Program-made: the position numbers and the translations under genes | Notes under the pieces: generated by a model | What the model saw: only the letters and a program-made list of their open reading frames with translations | The model's database searches: none | What the model was told of the DNA's origin: nothing | Origin: Rhabdochlamydiaceae bacterium | Lineage (GTDB): Bacteria; Chlamydiota; Chlamydiia; Chlamydiales; Rhabdochlamydiaceae | Length of the DNA: 64,000 bases | Assembly (NCBI GenBank): GCA_049240945.1 | Contig: JBMLRQ010000021.1 | Span: 42,616-106,615, forward strand | Direction of reading: 5' to 3' | In this document: one piece after another, positions 9,917-20,327 of the stretch | Position numbering within the stretch: the stretch's first letter is position 1 | Layout: each line of letters starts with the position of its first letter

Positions 9917-10835
9917 TGAGTCTTATCCTCGGATCAATTAAACAGTATAGAAGATCCATGACGAATATACTCAACATTAAAATCGTGCTATAGAAAATAG
10001 TTGTGCCCATGATTAAAGTGTAGTCTCGATTAACAACACTAAGGACAAACCAGCCTCCCAATCCAGGAATGCCAAATATTTTTTCTACTACGAAACTCCC
10101 TGTCAATATGGACGTGGTCAAAGGTCCCAAAAAACCAACAATAGGAATCAATGTATTAAGAAGAACGTGTTTAAAAATGAGGGAGTATGTCCCCAATCCT
10201 TTTGCTTTCGCTGTTTGAATATACTCTTGTTTGAGGACATCTATCATATTGGCTCTTGTCAACCTAGCGATGAAGGCTGTGGGCAAAAAGGCCAAAGAAA
10301 GAGAAGGAAGAATGGTATGGCTAAATGAACCCCATCTAGCGACTGGAAATAGATCTAGCTTCATAGAAAAAATGTATTGAAGAAAAGTTGAAACAATAAA
10401 GCTAGGTACAGAAACCCCTAAGACGGCTAGCAGCATAACAAAACGATCTTCCCACTTATTTTCTTTAAAAGCAGCGATTGTTCCTAAGGTGAAACCTAGA
10501 AATAAAGAAATAAACAGAGATTGTATTCCAAGGCTCAAAGAAATAGGAAAAGATTGTTTGATGATATCAAAAACAAGTCTACCTTCATATTTAAAAGAGG
10601 GTCCCATATTAAAAGAAATAAGACCTTTCAGATAAAGAAGATATTGAACAAATAACGGTTTGTCTAAACCGTAATGTTTTTTGAGAGCGTCCAGGATTTC
10701 TGCCGGTATCCCTTTATCTTCTAAAAAAGGATCGCCCGGAATGGAATGCATCAGAAAAAAAGTCAAAGTGATGACAACAAAAAGGGAAGAAAGGAGTATG
10801 AAAAACTTTTTCATTAAAAAACGTTTCATATACAA
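9906..10835 (-). CDS. oppB: Oligopeptide ABC transporter permease
   Basis: N-terminal ...TFFLMHSIPGDP... The EAA loop reads YIQTAKAKGLGTYSLIFKHVLLN. Typical OppB/DppB architecture. Confidence 0.9.
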   Translation of the reverse strand: MYMKRFLMKKFFILLSSLFVVITLTFFLMHSIPGDPFLEDKGIPAEILDALKKHYGLDKPLFVQYLLYLKGLISFNMGPSFKYEGRLVFDIIKQSFPISLSLGIQSLFISLFLGFTLGTIAAFKENKWEDRFVMLLAVLGVSVPSFIVSTFLQYIFSMKLDLFPVARWGSFSHTILPSLSLAFLPTAFIARLTRANMIDVLKQEYIQTAKAKGLGTYSLIFKHVLLNTLIPIVGFLGPLTTSILTGSFVVEKIFGIPGLGGWFVLSVVNRDYTLIMGTTIFYSTILMLSIFVMDLLYCLIDPRIRLNVE

Positions 10836-10950
10836 TGACTATGTTGTGAGAATCGATTTAAGGATTTCTTGCATTTTCAAATGTTAATTTTAATCTAATC
10901 ATGATTAATCAAACACATCTTTTTTGATTGTCGGCAATATTAGGAACACT

Positions 10951-12342
10951 ATGTTGAAAAATATAACAGGAAACAAGATTCATTTTACAAGCTTAGGATG
11001 CGCGCGTAATTTGGTCGACACTGAAGTGATGTTAGGTCTTGTTTTAAAAGAAGGATATGAGATCACCGATCACAAAGAAGAAGCGGATTATTTAGTGATC
11101 AATACTTGTGGTTTTCTGGCTGCTTCTAGAAAGGAATCTAAAGACACGATTGCGGAACTGACAGCTGGAAAGAAGAAGGGAGCCAAAATCATTGTGGCTG
11201 GATGCATGGTGCAAAATCATAGTGAAGAGTTAAAAAAAGAGTTTGATGATATCCATTATTTTTTAGGCTCAGGAGATGTTGAACACATTTTGAAAGCTAT
11301 CCAGACTCCGTCAAAAGGAGAAGAGATCACCTCAGCTCGTAGTTACTTGCAGTGGGGAGAGATTCCAAGAACACTATCAACACCCAAACATTACGCCTAC
11401 GTTAAAATCGCTGAAGGGTGTGCTAAGCGGTGTGCTTTCTGTATCATTCCTCAAATAAAAGGAGTCTTAAAAAGCAAACCCGTTGATCAGGTGATCAAAG
11501 AATGTCGAGCTCTTTTGGAGCAAGGGGTCCAAGAGATCATTCTGATCGCTCAAGATTTAGGTGACTACGGAAAAGAGCAAAAAGATCATCCTCGATTAGA
11601 GCAACTCATCAAAGAAATCTTAAAAATAGACCAGAAGTTTTGGCTGCGTTTGCTCTATCTTTATCCAGATGAAATAACCGATGAATTGATCCAAATCATA
11701 AAAAATGATTCTCGCATTTGCCCTTATTTGGATATGCCTATTCAACATATCAATGACGACATTTTGAAGTCTATGCGACGTAAAACGAATAAAGATCAAA
11801 TTGTGACAACTATTCACAAATTGCGCTCAGAGATTCCTCATATTGTGATTCGTACGAGCCTCATGGTCGGGTTCCCTGGAGAGACAGAAAATGAGTTTCA
11901 GGAACTAGTGGATTTTGTGAAGCAGTGCCCTCTAGACAATGTCGGTATCTTTAAATATTCTCAAGAAGAAGGGGCCGCCTCGTCTAAATTTGACCACCAG
12001 GTTTCAGAAGAAGTCAAAGAAAAAAGGTATCATCTGTTAGCAAAGACCCAGATGAAGACTCTAAAAAAACATTTGAAAAAATATGTTGGGCAGACCCTAA
12101 AAGTTCTCGTTGAAGGTTATCATCCAGAAACTCCTTTATTGATGGTGGGGCGTTTTTACGGACAATGCCCAGAAATTGATGGGCAAATTATCATCAATGA
12201 TGGACGTTTGGTCAAAGCTTTTGGTCGTTTTTACGACGTCCATATCACAGAAGTGGCTTCTGTTGATTTAATCGGTCAAGTCATTGGGGCTTCCGATGAT
12301 CAAAAAAAATCAAAAAAGAACAGAGATCTGAAGATTTTATGA
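10951..12342 (+). CDS. rimO: Ribosomal protein S12 methylthiotransferase (radical SAM, MTTase family)
   Basis: UPF0004 N-domain begins IHFTSLGCARNLVDTEVM. Radical SAM cluster motif CAKRCAFC. C-terminal TRAM-like domain. ATG at 10951 preferred to the upstream TTG. Confidence 0.85.
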   Translation: MLKNITGNKIHFTSLGCARNLVDTEVMLGLVLKEGYEITDHKEEADYLVINTCGFLAASRKESKDTIAELTAGKKKGAKIIVAGCMVQNHSEELKKEFDDIHYFLGSGDVEHILKAIQTPSKGEEITSARSYLQWGEIPRTLSTPKHYAYVKIAEGCAKRCAFCIIPQIKGVLKSKPVDQVIKECRALLEQGVQEIILIAQDLGDYGKEQKDHPRLEQLIKEILKIDQKFWLRLLYLYPDEITDELIQIIKNDSRICPYLDMPIQHINDDILKSMRRKTNKDQIVTTIHKLRSEIPHIVIRTSLMVGFPGETENEFQELVDFVKQCPLDNVGIFKYSQEEGAASSKFDHQVSEEVKEKRYHLLAKTQMKTLKKHLKKYVGQTLKVLVEGYHPETPLLMVGRFYGQCPEIDGQIIINDGRLVKAFGRFYDVHITEVASVDLIGQVIGASDDQKKSKKNRDLKIL

Positions 12343-13505
12343 AAGAAGGGGTTGTTTTAAAAAATGGTCGAGATAAATCTCTTAAGCAAAAGCATCCTTG
12401 GATTTTTTCCGGTGCTATCGATCGCTTTTATGACGTAGAAAATGGTGGTGTTTATCCGGTTTATAGCGCGCAAAAAGAGTTTTTAGCTTTAGCTTATTTT
12501 CATAAAGATCATAGCCTTTGTGGAAGGGTTCTTAGTTTTGAAGATAAGCCTATACAGATGATTATACGTGAGAGGTTGTTGAAGGCGTTTGCTTTACGAG
12601 AAAAATTAATAGACATTAGAAGAACCTCTTGTTTTCGTTTAGTGAATGCTGAAGGTGATGGCTTACCCGGTCTGATCATCGATCAATATAACGATATTTT
12701 TGTCATACAAATCGGAACTTTGGGGATAGAAAAGCTCAAGAGTTGTATTGTTGAGTTATTAGTATCCTTATTTTCCCCTCAAGGTGTTTACGAAAAATCT
12801 CATTCATCTTCCAGAGTATCAGAGGGTTTACCTCCTTCCGAAGGTGTTCTATACGGCACTGTTCCTGATGAGATCATTGTTATAGAAAACTTTATTAAAT
12901 TTAAGGTCTGTATTTCTAAATCTCAGAAAACAGGATTATTTTTAGATCAAAGAGAGATGCGGCAATTGGTTTATAAACACTCTCAAGGTAAAAAGGTTTT
13001 GAATCTATTTAGTTATTCTGCAGGATTTTCTCTTTATGCCATGGCCGGGGGCGCCTTAAATGTCACGAGTGTGGATATTGATGATGACGCTTGCTCTTAT
13101 GCTTTAGATAACACGGTTTTAAACGGCTTTAGCAAAGAAAACCATCATGTTTATAATCAAGATGTTTTTAAATTTCTTAATCAGAAAATGGATCATGATT
13201 TTATCATCCTAGATCCTCCCGCTTTTGCGAAAAAAAGAAAAGACATCGACAATGCTTGCAAAGGTTATTTAGAAATCAACAAAAAAGCTTTAAAAGGTTT
13301 GCCTCCCTCTTCTCTTCTTTTAACTTGCTCATGTTCTTATTATATTAGTAGTGAGCTTTTCCAAAATCTTGTCTTTCAAGCTTCTCAATCAGCTGAGAGA
13401 AACGTTAGGATTGTTTCTTCTCATGTTTTAGCCCAAGATCACCCAATCAGCATTTATCACAAAGAGGGTTCTTACTTAAAAAGTTTACTTTTATTTGTTG
13501 ATTAA
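12339..13505 (+). CDS. rlmI: Class I SAM-dependent rRNA methyltransferase with a PUA-like N-domain (RlmI/YccW type)
   Basis: N-terminal LKNGRDKSLKQKHPWIFSGAI. The segment GLPGLIIDQY and the MTase core VLNLFSYSAGFS...ILDPPAF are present. The ATGA overlaps the rimO stop. Confidence 0.8.
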   Translation: MKEGVVLKNGRDKSLKQKHPWIFSGAIDRFYDVENGGVYPVYSAQKEFLALAYFHKDHSLCGRVLSFEDKPIQMIIRERLLKAFALREKLIDIRRTSCFRLVNAEGDGLPGLIIDQYNDIFVIQIGTLGIEKLKSCIVELLVSLFSPQGVYEKSHSSSRVSEGLPPSEGVLYGTVPDEIIVIENFIKFKVCISKSQKTGLFLDQREMRQLVYKHSQGKKVLNLFSYSAGFSLYAMAGGALNVTSVDIDDDACSYALDNTVLNGFSKENHHVYNQDVFKFLNQKMDHDFIILDPPAFAKKRKDIDNACKGYLEINKKALKGLPPSSLLLTCSCSYYISSELFQNLVFQASQSAERNVRIVSSHVLAQDHPISIYHKEGSYLKSLLLFVD

Positions 13506-13543
13506 ACTATATCTTGCTTTTTAGTTAGATAAGGCTTTTATCG

Positions 13544-13972
13544 ATGCATTTTAGATTCATAGATTCCAAGCATCCAGAATATAAGAATATCCAGCTATTT
13601 ATATGGGATAATTTTTATAAGCAGCAGGGGATTTCTTTTGAAAAATTTTCATCTTTTTCTTCTTCAACTTTGCATTTAGCCGCCTATCAAGATCAGCAAA
13701 TAGTGATGCAAATCAGCTACCTTTACAAGGATTCTTCAAGTGTAAGAATTTCTTTATTGGTGCGCCTTGAAGATGAAGAAAAAAAAGGGTTTCTTAGGAA
13801 AATGTTTCATCATTTTGAAATGCATTTGTATGCAAAAGGGTATCGTTATTTGTTTGTGGAAAAAAAAGAAGAAACCTGTGAGCTTTACAAGATTTTGGGT
13901 TTTAAAGATCACATAACAGAGGAAGGTCCTACGCTGAGAAAGGCTATAGAATCTTCTGAGGAGACACTATGA
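13544..13972 (+). CDS. Small hypothetical protein, weakly GNAT-acetyltransferase-like
   Basis: The C-terminal ...[27 protein letters not shown]...ELYKILGF resembles the GNAT A/B motif layout, but the Q/RxxGxG/A motif is degenerate. It is coupled by ATGA to fbaB. Confidence 0.35.
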   Translation: MHFRFIDSKHPEYKNIQLFIWDNFYKQQGISFEKFSSFSSSTLHLAAYQDQQIVMQISYLYKDSSSVRISLLVRLEDEEKKGFLRKMFHHFEMHLYAKGYRYLFVEKKEETCELYKILGFKDHITEEGPTLRKAIESSEETL

Positions 13973-15027
13973 ATCAATTTTATTATCATTTAGAAAAGCA
14001 TCTCGGTCATGAAGTGGAAGATCTTTTAACGCATAAAGCCATCATTCCTAAAGAGAGTCTTCATTTACCAGGTCCTGATTGGATCGATAGAATCTTTGTG
14101 GCTTCAGATAGAAACAATCGCGTTTTACAAAATCTACAGCGTTTATTCACAGCGGGACGATTAAAAGATACAGGTTATCTTTCTCTTCTTCCCGTTGATC
14201 AAGGTGTTGAACATTCAGCGGGAGCTTCTTTTTCTTCATGCCCCGATTATTTTGATCCGGAGCAGATCGTGCAACTGGCTTTAGAAGGAGGGTGTAGTGG
14301 ACTGGCTTCGACACTTGGTACTTTAGCTATTGTGTCTAGAAAATACGCCCATAAAATCCCTTTCATCTTAAAGATTAATCATAACGAGTTATTAACGTAT
14401 CCAGAAATATACGATCAAACTCTTTTTAGTTCTGTCAAACAAGCTTATGATATGGGCTGTGTGGGAGTGGGGGCGACTATTTATTTTGGTTCAGATACCA
14501 GTCGTCGTCAAATCCAAGAGATCAGCGAAGCCTTCGAGCAAGCTCATGATCTTGGCCTTTTGACCATTTTATGGTGTTATTTAAGGAATCCCTTTTTTAA
14601 ATCTAAAGATAAGGACTATCACGAAGCGGCTGATTTAACCGGGCAAGCTAATTATTTGGGAAGCACCATAAAAGCTGATATCGTGAAGCAAAAATCACCT
14701 GAATGCAATAAAGGTTATCACGATTTAAAATTTGGTCGTAGCCATCCTTTTATGTACGATAAGCTTTGCTCTGATCACCCGATTGATTTGACTCGCTATC
14801 AACTATTCAATCAATACGCTGGGCGGATAGGTTTGATCAATTCAGGTGGCGCTTCCGGTCGCTTGGATGAAAAGGATATCTTGAGAACCGCTATCATCAA
14901 CAAAAGAGCTGGAGGAATGGGATTGATCAGTGGTCGTAAGGTGTTTCAAAAACCTTTTAAAGAAGGGGTGAGGCTTTTAAATCTTTTACAAGATGTGTAT
15001 TTATCTAAAGAAATCAGCATCGCTTAA
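13969..15027 (+). CDS. fbaB: Class I fructose-bisphosphate aldolase, DhnA/FbaB type
   Basis: Near-colinear with remembered E. coli FbaB: [78 protein letters not shown]. Confidence 0.93.
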   Translation: MNQFYYHLEKHLGHEVEDLLTHKAIIPKESLHLPGPDWIDRIFVASDRNNRVLQNLQRLFTAGRLKDTGYLSLLPVDQGVEHSAGASFSSCPDYFDPEQIVQLALEGGCSGLASTLGTLAIVSRKYAHKIPFILKINHNELLTYPEIYDQTLFSSVKQAYDMGCVGVGATIYFGSDTSRRQIQEISEAFEQAHDLGLLTILWCYLRNPFFKSKDKDYHEAADLTGQANYLGSTIKADIVKQKSPECNKGYHDLKFGRSHPFMYDKLCSDHPIDLTRYQLFNQYAGRIGLINSGGASGRLDEKDILRTAIINKRAGGMGLISGRKVFQKPFKEGVRLLNLLQDVYLSKEISIA

Positions 15028-15115
15028 TCTTTATAGCTCTTCAAACAAGGTAAGATTGCAATTTTTTCTTTTGCTCATTTATCATCACTTTACTTTTTGA
15101 ATTTTAGGAAAGAAT

Positions 15116-17047
15116 GTGTGTGGTATTTTAGCCTGTTTAAATAAAAAATGGGGTGTTTCTTCCGATTCACTTTATGAGTCTTTATTTTATCTTAAACATA
15201 GAGGACCTGATCAGAAAAATGTTTGGATCTCTCCTAATGGAGATATCGCTCTTGCCCATTCTCGTTTAGCTATTACCGGTTCTTCCAATGGATTACAGCC
15301 TATATCTTGGACAAAAGAAGGGATTCACATAGTTGTTAATGGAGAATTTTATGATTATAAAGAGATTCGCTCTCGATATGAATCTTTGGGTTATTCTTTC
15401 CAAACAGACAGTGACAGCGAAATCCTTATTCCTCTTTATTTAGAGTATGGTCTTCAATTGTTTTCTCATCTGAATGGAGAGTTTGCTTTTATTCTTTGGG
15501 ATGAAAAAAAAGAAAGAATGATCTGTGCAAGAGATCGTTTTGGTATAAAGCCTCTCTTTTATGCCCAAAAAAAAGGGGCTTTTTATGCCGCTTCTGAGAT
15601 CAAAGGACTTATCCCTTTTCTAGGAGAATTCCATCTGAGCGATTATGATTTGTTTTCTACTTTTCAAGGTGTTCTACATCAAGGAAGAACTTGTTTCAGA
15701 GATATTTACCAGGTTCACCCCGGACACTGTTTAATCTGGGATAAAGAAAAAATAGTCGAGTCAAAATATTGGGATTTTGAATACAAAGAAATGGCCTCTT
15801 TTGATCAAAAAGAGTATGTATCTTTGTTTAAAGAAAAGCTCAGCTTAGCTATTAGAAGAAGACTTGATACATCAGCACCCAAAGCGCTTTATTTAAGTGG
15901 AGGTATTGACTCTAGCGCTTTATTGGCTCTTAGCTCTGAAATGGGTTTTAACCTAACGGCTTTTAACATGTCTTTCGAAGATCCTGTTTTTGATGAAGCT
16001 CCTTATGCTGTTAAAATGGCTCGTCACAGGGGGCTAGATGTCCACTCTTTAATGATTTCAGAGCAAGATGTAGCTGATCATTTCGAGGAAGCGATTTTTC
16101 ACAAAGAAGGTCTTGTTCATCAAACAAATGGAATCGCTAAATTTTTACTCAATAAATATGTTTCTTCTTTAGGCTATAAAGTGGTTTTAACAGGAGAGGG
16201 AGCTGATGAAATTTTAGGAGGTTATCCTTGTACACAGGAAGATGTTTTTGAACAACAAGCCTTCTCCAAAGATCTTTTCCTCTCTTTACAAAGAGAATAC
16301 AAAGCGGTTTCTTCAGCTTTTGTGACCAGTAAATCTCTTTTACGTTATAAAAGTTTAAGAAGTTTCTCACAAGAGCTTGGCTATCTTCCTTCTGTTTGGA
16401 AAATGGGAAATGATATTCAAAGACGTCTTAAAAATTTATACGATCCCTTATTTCGTCAAAAGCTTTCGGGCTATGAACCTCTAAAGGATTTTTGTGAGCG
16501 CTGGGATTTAAAAAACAAAAAACATCTAAGCCGGGTGAACCAATCTTTGTATATATCTTGTAAAAGTTACCTTTCTGAATTCGTTCTTAATTATTTAGGT
16601 GACAGGATGGAAATGGCTCATAGTCTTGAAGGAAGACTCCCTTTTTTAGATGTAGATCTTGTGGAATTTTGCAACACATTACCTTCTTTTCTCAAGATTC
16701 ATGGGGAAAAAGAAAAATTTATTCTATATGAAGCTGTGAAAGATCTGATCCCTCTTTGCATTTATGAGCGTAAAAAACAGATGTTTAGCGTCCCTCATGC
16801 GTTCCATAAAAATAAAAGCCCTATCAAAGAACACATAGCTGATATCATCTATAGTCAAGATTTTGCCTCTCTTCCCTTTTTTTCTGCTCAAAAAGTAAGA
16901 GAATTATTTGAAAAAGCCTCTTTCTTACCTTCAAGAGAGCGTATGATTGCGGAATTCGCTTTTAATCTTATTTTAAGCACTTATTACCTTGATCGGCTGT
17001 TCGTGAAAAAAGCTTATCTCTCTCGATCTCTAACCGTTTGTGCTTAG
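15116..17047 (+). CDS. asnB: Asparagine synthase (glutamine-hydrolysing)
   Basis: Ntn amidotransferase start (M)CGILA, which requires Cys2. This frame starts at GTG 15116; the nearby ATG at 15114 is out of frame. PP-loop YLSGGIDSS. Confidence 0.9.
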   Translation: MCGILACLNKKWGVSSDSLYESLFYLKHRGPDQKNVWISPNGDIALAHSRLAITGSSNGLQPISWTKEGIHIVVNGEFYDYKEIRSRYESLGYSFQTDSDSEILIPLYLEYGLQLFSHLNGEFAFILWDEKKERMICARDRFGIKPLFYAQKKGAFYAASEIKGLIPFLGEFHLSDYDLFSTFQGVLHQGRTCFRDIYQVHPGHCLIWDKEKIVESKYWDFEYKEMASFDQKEYVSLFKEKLSLAIRRRLDTSAPKALYLSGGIDSSALLALSSEMGFNLTAFNMSFEDPVFDEAPYAVKMARHRGLDVHSLMISEQDVADHFEEAIFHKEGLVHQTNGIAKFLLNKYVSSLGYKVVLTGEGADEILGGYPCTQEDVFEQQAFSKDLFLSLQREYKAVSSAFVTSKSLLRYKSLRSFSQELGYLPSVWKMGNDIQRRLKNLYDPLFRQKLSGYEPLKDFCERWDLKNKKHLSRVNQSLYISCKSYLSEFVLNYLGDRMEMAHSLEGRLPFLDVDLVEFCNTLPSFLKIHGEKEKFILYEAVKDLIPLCIYERKKQMFSVPHAFHKNKSPIKEHIADIIYSQDFASLPFFSAQKVRELFEKASFLPSRERMIAEFAFNLILSTYYLDRLFVKKAYLSRSLTVCA

Positions 17048-20000
17048 AGAGGAAGGTTCCCATGGGTAAGGTTTTCTAGGAGAAGGAGATTTTTTATTTT
17101 GGTCAGGTAGAGGCACTATTTTTTCCAAATGACTCAAGGGAGATAGTTCAGTGATTTTTTTATTGATGAGGGTCTGATGCTTGGCCATCAGAATGGCGAT
17201 TTTAGTTGTTAAGCTTTTTTTGTTGATAGTGGGGTCTTGCCATGTTCCTTTCAAAGGTATATGGAGCATATATTCTTTAGGTAAATCTTTCAGATGGAAA
17301 GCTTTTTCTAAAGATTGAGAGGGGACTCCTAATATTAATTGTAATTTTTTGTTTTCAAAGCTTGTCGATCCCCATAACGCCATTTCATAAAGCTTGTTGA
17401 TGAGAAAATCTGTTCTATTTAAAAAGAGTTTGTCGCCTGTTACATCAAAGTTGAGTGTTTGAGGCCAGATAAAGTATTGTCCATTTTGATTATCAAGGAA
17501 AGAGAAAGCGTTCAGGATGAAAGAATCTGACTCTAGAGTCATAGGTGGAATTTCAAAAGAAGCTTGGGAAACTTTTATTTCATTTTTATTTCTTAAAGAG
17601 AGGACACTTTCTTGAGGGATACTCAGTTTGATAGGGTTTTCACCCGAAAGGGTGATCGTTGGGAAAGAAGGAATACGTTCTTTGATATAGCTATTTAAAT
17701 CTTTCTGCCAAATCATTTCAACAAGCAAAGGTTTTTTCATATAAAAGAGATTCTCATCCACATGCGCCAAACCAGATAGATGCAGATGGTCCAAATCGAT
17801 TTGCACATCTAAAGAGTGACCCTTAGCTTCTGGGATGAACAGCATTTTTCCATCTAAGATATGTCCAAAAATAGAAAATGGTGAATGAGGAATGAGCTCT
17901 TGCCAAACAATCATGGGGAATTTTTGCACATGTAAAGTCACTTTTTGAGGCTCCCAGTTCCCAGTTTGTGGGTTTTTGGAAATTTCCCCTTTAGAGTTTA
18001 GCTGTCCTTTTACAGATGTTTGAGATTCTGTATCGGCTGATATAACAAAATCAAGAGTGTCTTCTTTTTTTTCCAAAGAGGAATAAAAAGATAAATGAAG
18101 ATCTGTGTCATCAGGCGATTTTATTGTCTGCTTGACTTTAGCTTCGCAGCTTAACTTCGGTATAAATAGCACTTTGTCTTTTTGTTCCCATTCAGCTTGA
18201 TGCATTGTGAGGTCTAGAACTCCGTTCTTGCCTAACTCAAAAGGCGTCTTTAAAAACGATAGGATGGGATTGAGATAAGAGGGTGATAGAGTCATATAAA
18301 AGTCGTTTAATATGCCTTTTTTGAAGTCTTTTGAGGCATATCCTTTTGTTTTCAAATCCCATTCATTTCCCTTAAAATGGAGGTTGTGAATATGCCATTT
18401 ACCATTTTTTTCCGATAATTCGCCCTCTAGATCACCTATAGAATCAGACAAGGAAGAAAAAAATATTTCTTTATCTAGACAAATAAAAGGAAAGCGAGAG
18501 GCTTTAAAAGACACATGATCGAAGGTTGGGAAATCATCAAAAATAAAGGAACCTTTTGATTTTAAAAAGCCTTCTGATTGATCCTGATTAAATAGACTCG
18601 ATAGTTCAAAATGGTAACTTCTCTGATCTCTTTTTTGAGAAGCTTTTCCTTCTATTTTTTGAAAGGTAAAAGGGATTTCTTTGATCTTTAGCTGCAAAGG
18701 TTTAATAGAAATATCGATTGTATCTGGATACTCTAAACATTTTTTTTCGGATAAATGGATAGTCCCTTTTGATAACTGCAAATCTGCATCGATTAATTTA
18801 TCAACCACTTTAAGGGATTCAATTCCTATAAACTTCTCTACATAAAAACTAGGCCATTTCCCTTTAACCCACCAACTATCGATTTTAAAGAGATCATTTT
18901 CGACAAGACCTTTTAACTCACTTTCACATTCAGAGCTTTTTAATTTGTAATCAATTAAATGGGTTTTCTTCTTCAAAGAGACAATCAGATTATTCAAAGA
19001 GATCGCATGGCTATCCAAAGAAGAGGATCGGAGCTGAATATCGTATTGAAGGTTGTTTCCATCTTTTTGATATTCAAAATCGTTGATCCATCCATTGATA
19101 TAAAGAGGGGTGGTCAAATGGATCGAATGGGTAGAAAACGCAGGAATGAGAGAAGAAAAAGAAAGCTTATTCTCAATTTTAAACCCTTGTTCAAAAGAAA
19201 AGGTCATCTCTTTAGCTGATAATAAAGGGATTTTAAAAGTTTCTAACACCCCTTTTTTCGTCATTCTATTGAAAGATCCTTGAATAGACAGGGTTTCTTT
19301 ATTTTTGATAAAAGGATTGTCTTTAAAGTGTCCATTGACATGGAAATGACACTCTTCATTATTCACATTTAAAAGAATTTTTATCGTTTCTGTGTCAAAA
19401 GGAAAAGAAGCTATTTCAAAAGAGAGTGGAGATAAATCGAGCTCAATTTTACTGTCTAAAATCTTCTCTTTGGAGAGGGAAAAAACTCCCTCTGGATAAC
19501 CCTTTAAAGACAAAGAAGAACTGGTTTTAAGAAAAGGCAAATGGCTGCTAAAAATGCTTTTTGGCACCTCATACTGGAAAGTTGAGCCAGGTTTAATCCT
19601 TAACTCGTTGGCATTCCCATCTAGTATGAGGGATGTGTGTATGTAAGGGGTTTTTAGATCAACCTTGCCTTTCACCTCACTCTCTTTCAGTGAAATGTTT
19701 AATTCTCCATTTAGATAAGGCCCTAAAAAGGAAACGATCTTTTCTCCCTTGTCTCCCAATAAATAAAAAATTTCTAAAGGGAAGTTTTTAAATGAGCTTT
19801 TTAAGATGTAATCGGAGGTTTGGGGATCTTGATCGAGGAAGAAAGATGAAAAGCCTTTTAGATTGTTATTTTCTGTAGATACTTGAAAAAAAAGAAGCTC
19901 CTGACGAAATAAATCATAAGAGAGCTGAAGATCTGTGAATTTAAAGGTGTTACCTATAGAAAAAGATCCATTTTTGATCAAAAACTTTGAAGTTTTAGGG

Positions 20001-20326
20001 GACTTATGACTAATTTTTTCCCTAATCGGGAAGTGAATATCCCAATTTTGTTTTAAAAGAGTAAAAATGGAACTGTGACACTCCACTTCTTCTAAATACA
20101 ATTCTTTTTTACTTTTAAGATCATTAAGAGAAAGTTTTTTGATGGATTGAGGTCCAAACCATTTTAAATGTATTTGATCCACTCTAAGGTCTAATCCATA
20201 AACTTGTTTGATAACCCAAAATACCGTATTGTGACCAGGTGCCGTTGAAAGAATGTAAGGAACTGAAAATAAAAAAGCTCCTAGTAGGGATGATTTAAAG
20301 AGAAGAGTTTTTATTTTTTGTTTCAT
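17030..20326 (-). CDS. Giant N-terminally anchored, beta-strand-rich envelope protein, AsmA/TamB-like (tentative)
   Basis: 1098 aa with a single N-terminal hydrophobic anchor (LLGAFLFSVPYILS). Long low-complexity beta-type sequence. The C-terminal ...LQLILGVPSQ...YMLHIPLKGTWQDPTIN is reminiscent of the AsmA-family C-terminus. No enzyme motifs. Confidence 0.45.
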   Translation of the reverse strand: MKQKIKTLLFKSSLLGAFLFSVPYILSTAPGHNTVFWVIKQVYGLDLRVDQIHLKWFGPQSIKKLSLNDLKSKKELYLEEVECHSSIFTLLKQNWDIHFPIREKISHKSPKTSKFLIKNGSFSIGNTFKFTDLQLSYDLFRQELLFFQVSTENNNLKGFSSFFLDQDPQTSDYILKSSFKNFPLEIFYLLGDKGEKIVSFLGPYLNGELNISLKESEVKGKVDLKTPYIHTSLILDGNANELRIKPGSTFQYEVPKSIFSSHLPFLKTSSSLSLKGYPEGVFSLSKEKILDSKIELDLSPLSFEIASFPFDTETIKILLNVNNEECHFHVNGHFKDNPFIKNKETLSIQGSFNRMTKKGVLETFKIPLLSAKEMTFSFEQGFKIENKLSFSSLIPAFSTHSIHLTTPLYINGWINDFEYQKDGNNLQYDIQLRSSSLDSHAISLNNLIVSLKKKTHLIDYKLKSSECESELKGLVENDLFKIDSWWVKGKWPSFYVEKFIGIESLKVVDKLIDADLQLSKGTIHLSEKKCLEYPDTIDISIKPLQLKIKEIPFTFQKIEGKASQKRDQRSYHFELSSLFNQDQSEGFLKSKGSFIFDDFPTFDHVSFKASRFPFICLDKEIFFSSLSDSIGDLEGELSEKNGKWHIHNLHFKGNEWDLKTKGYASKDFKKGILNDFYMTLSPSYLNPILSFLKTPFELGKNGVLDLTMHQAEWEQKDKVLFIPKLSCEAKVKQTIKSPDDTDLHLSFYSSLEKKEDTLDFVISADTESQTSVKGQLNSKGEISKNPQTGNWEPQKVTLHVQKFPMIVWQELIPHSPFSIFGHILDGKMLFIPEAKGHSLDVQIDLDHLHLSGLAHVDENLFYMKKPLLVEMIWQKDLNSYIKERIPSFPTITLSGENPIKLSIPQESVLSLRNKNEIKVSQASFEIPPMTLESDSFILNAFSFLDNQNGQYFIWPQTLNFDVTGDKLFLNRTDFLINKLYEMALWGSTSFENKKLQLILGVPSQSLEKAFHLKDLPKEYMLHIPLKGTWQDPTINKKSLTTKIAILMAKHQTLINKKITELSPLSHLEKIVPLPDQNKKSPSPRKPYPWEPSSLSTNG

Positions 20327-20327
20327 A

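Noticed and set aside
17030-17047. Convergent 3' overlaps (asnB with the giant protein, 18 nt; also 32350-32383, 34 nt; and 37399-37422, 24 nt), considered as possible antisense regulation
   Set aside because: Short convergent overlaps of stop-proximal codons are common in compact genomes. No associated structure or motif was seen.
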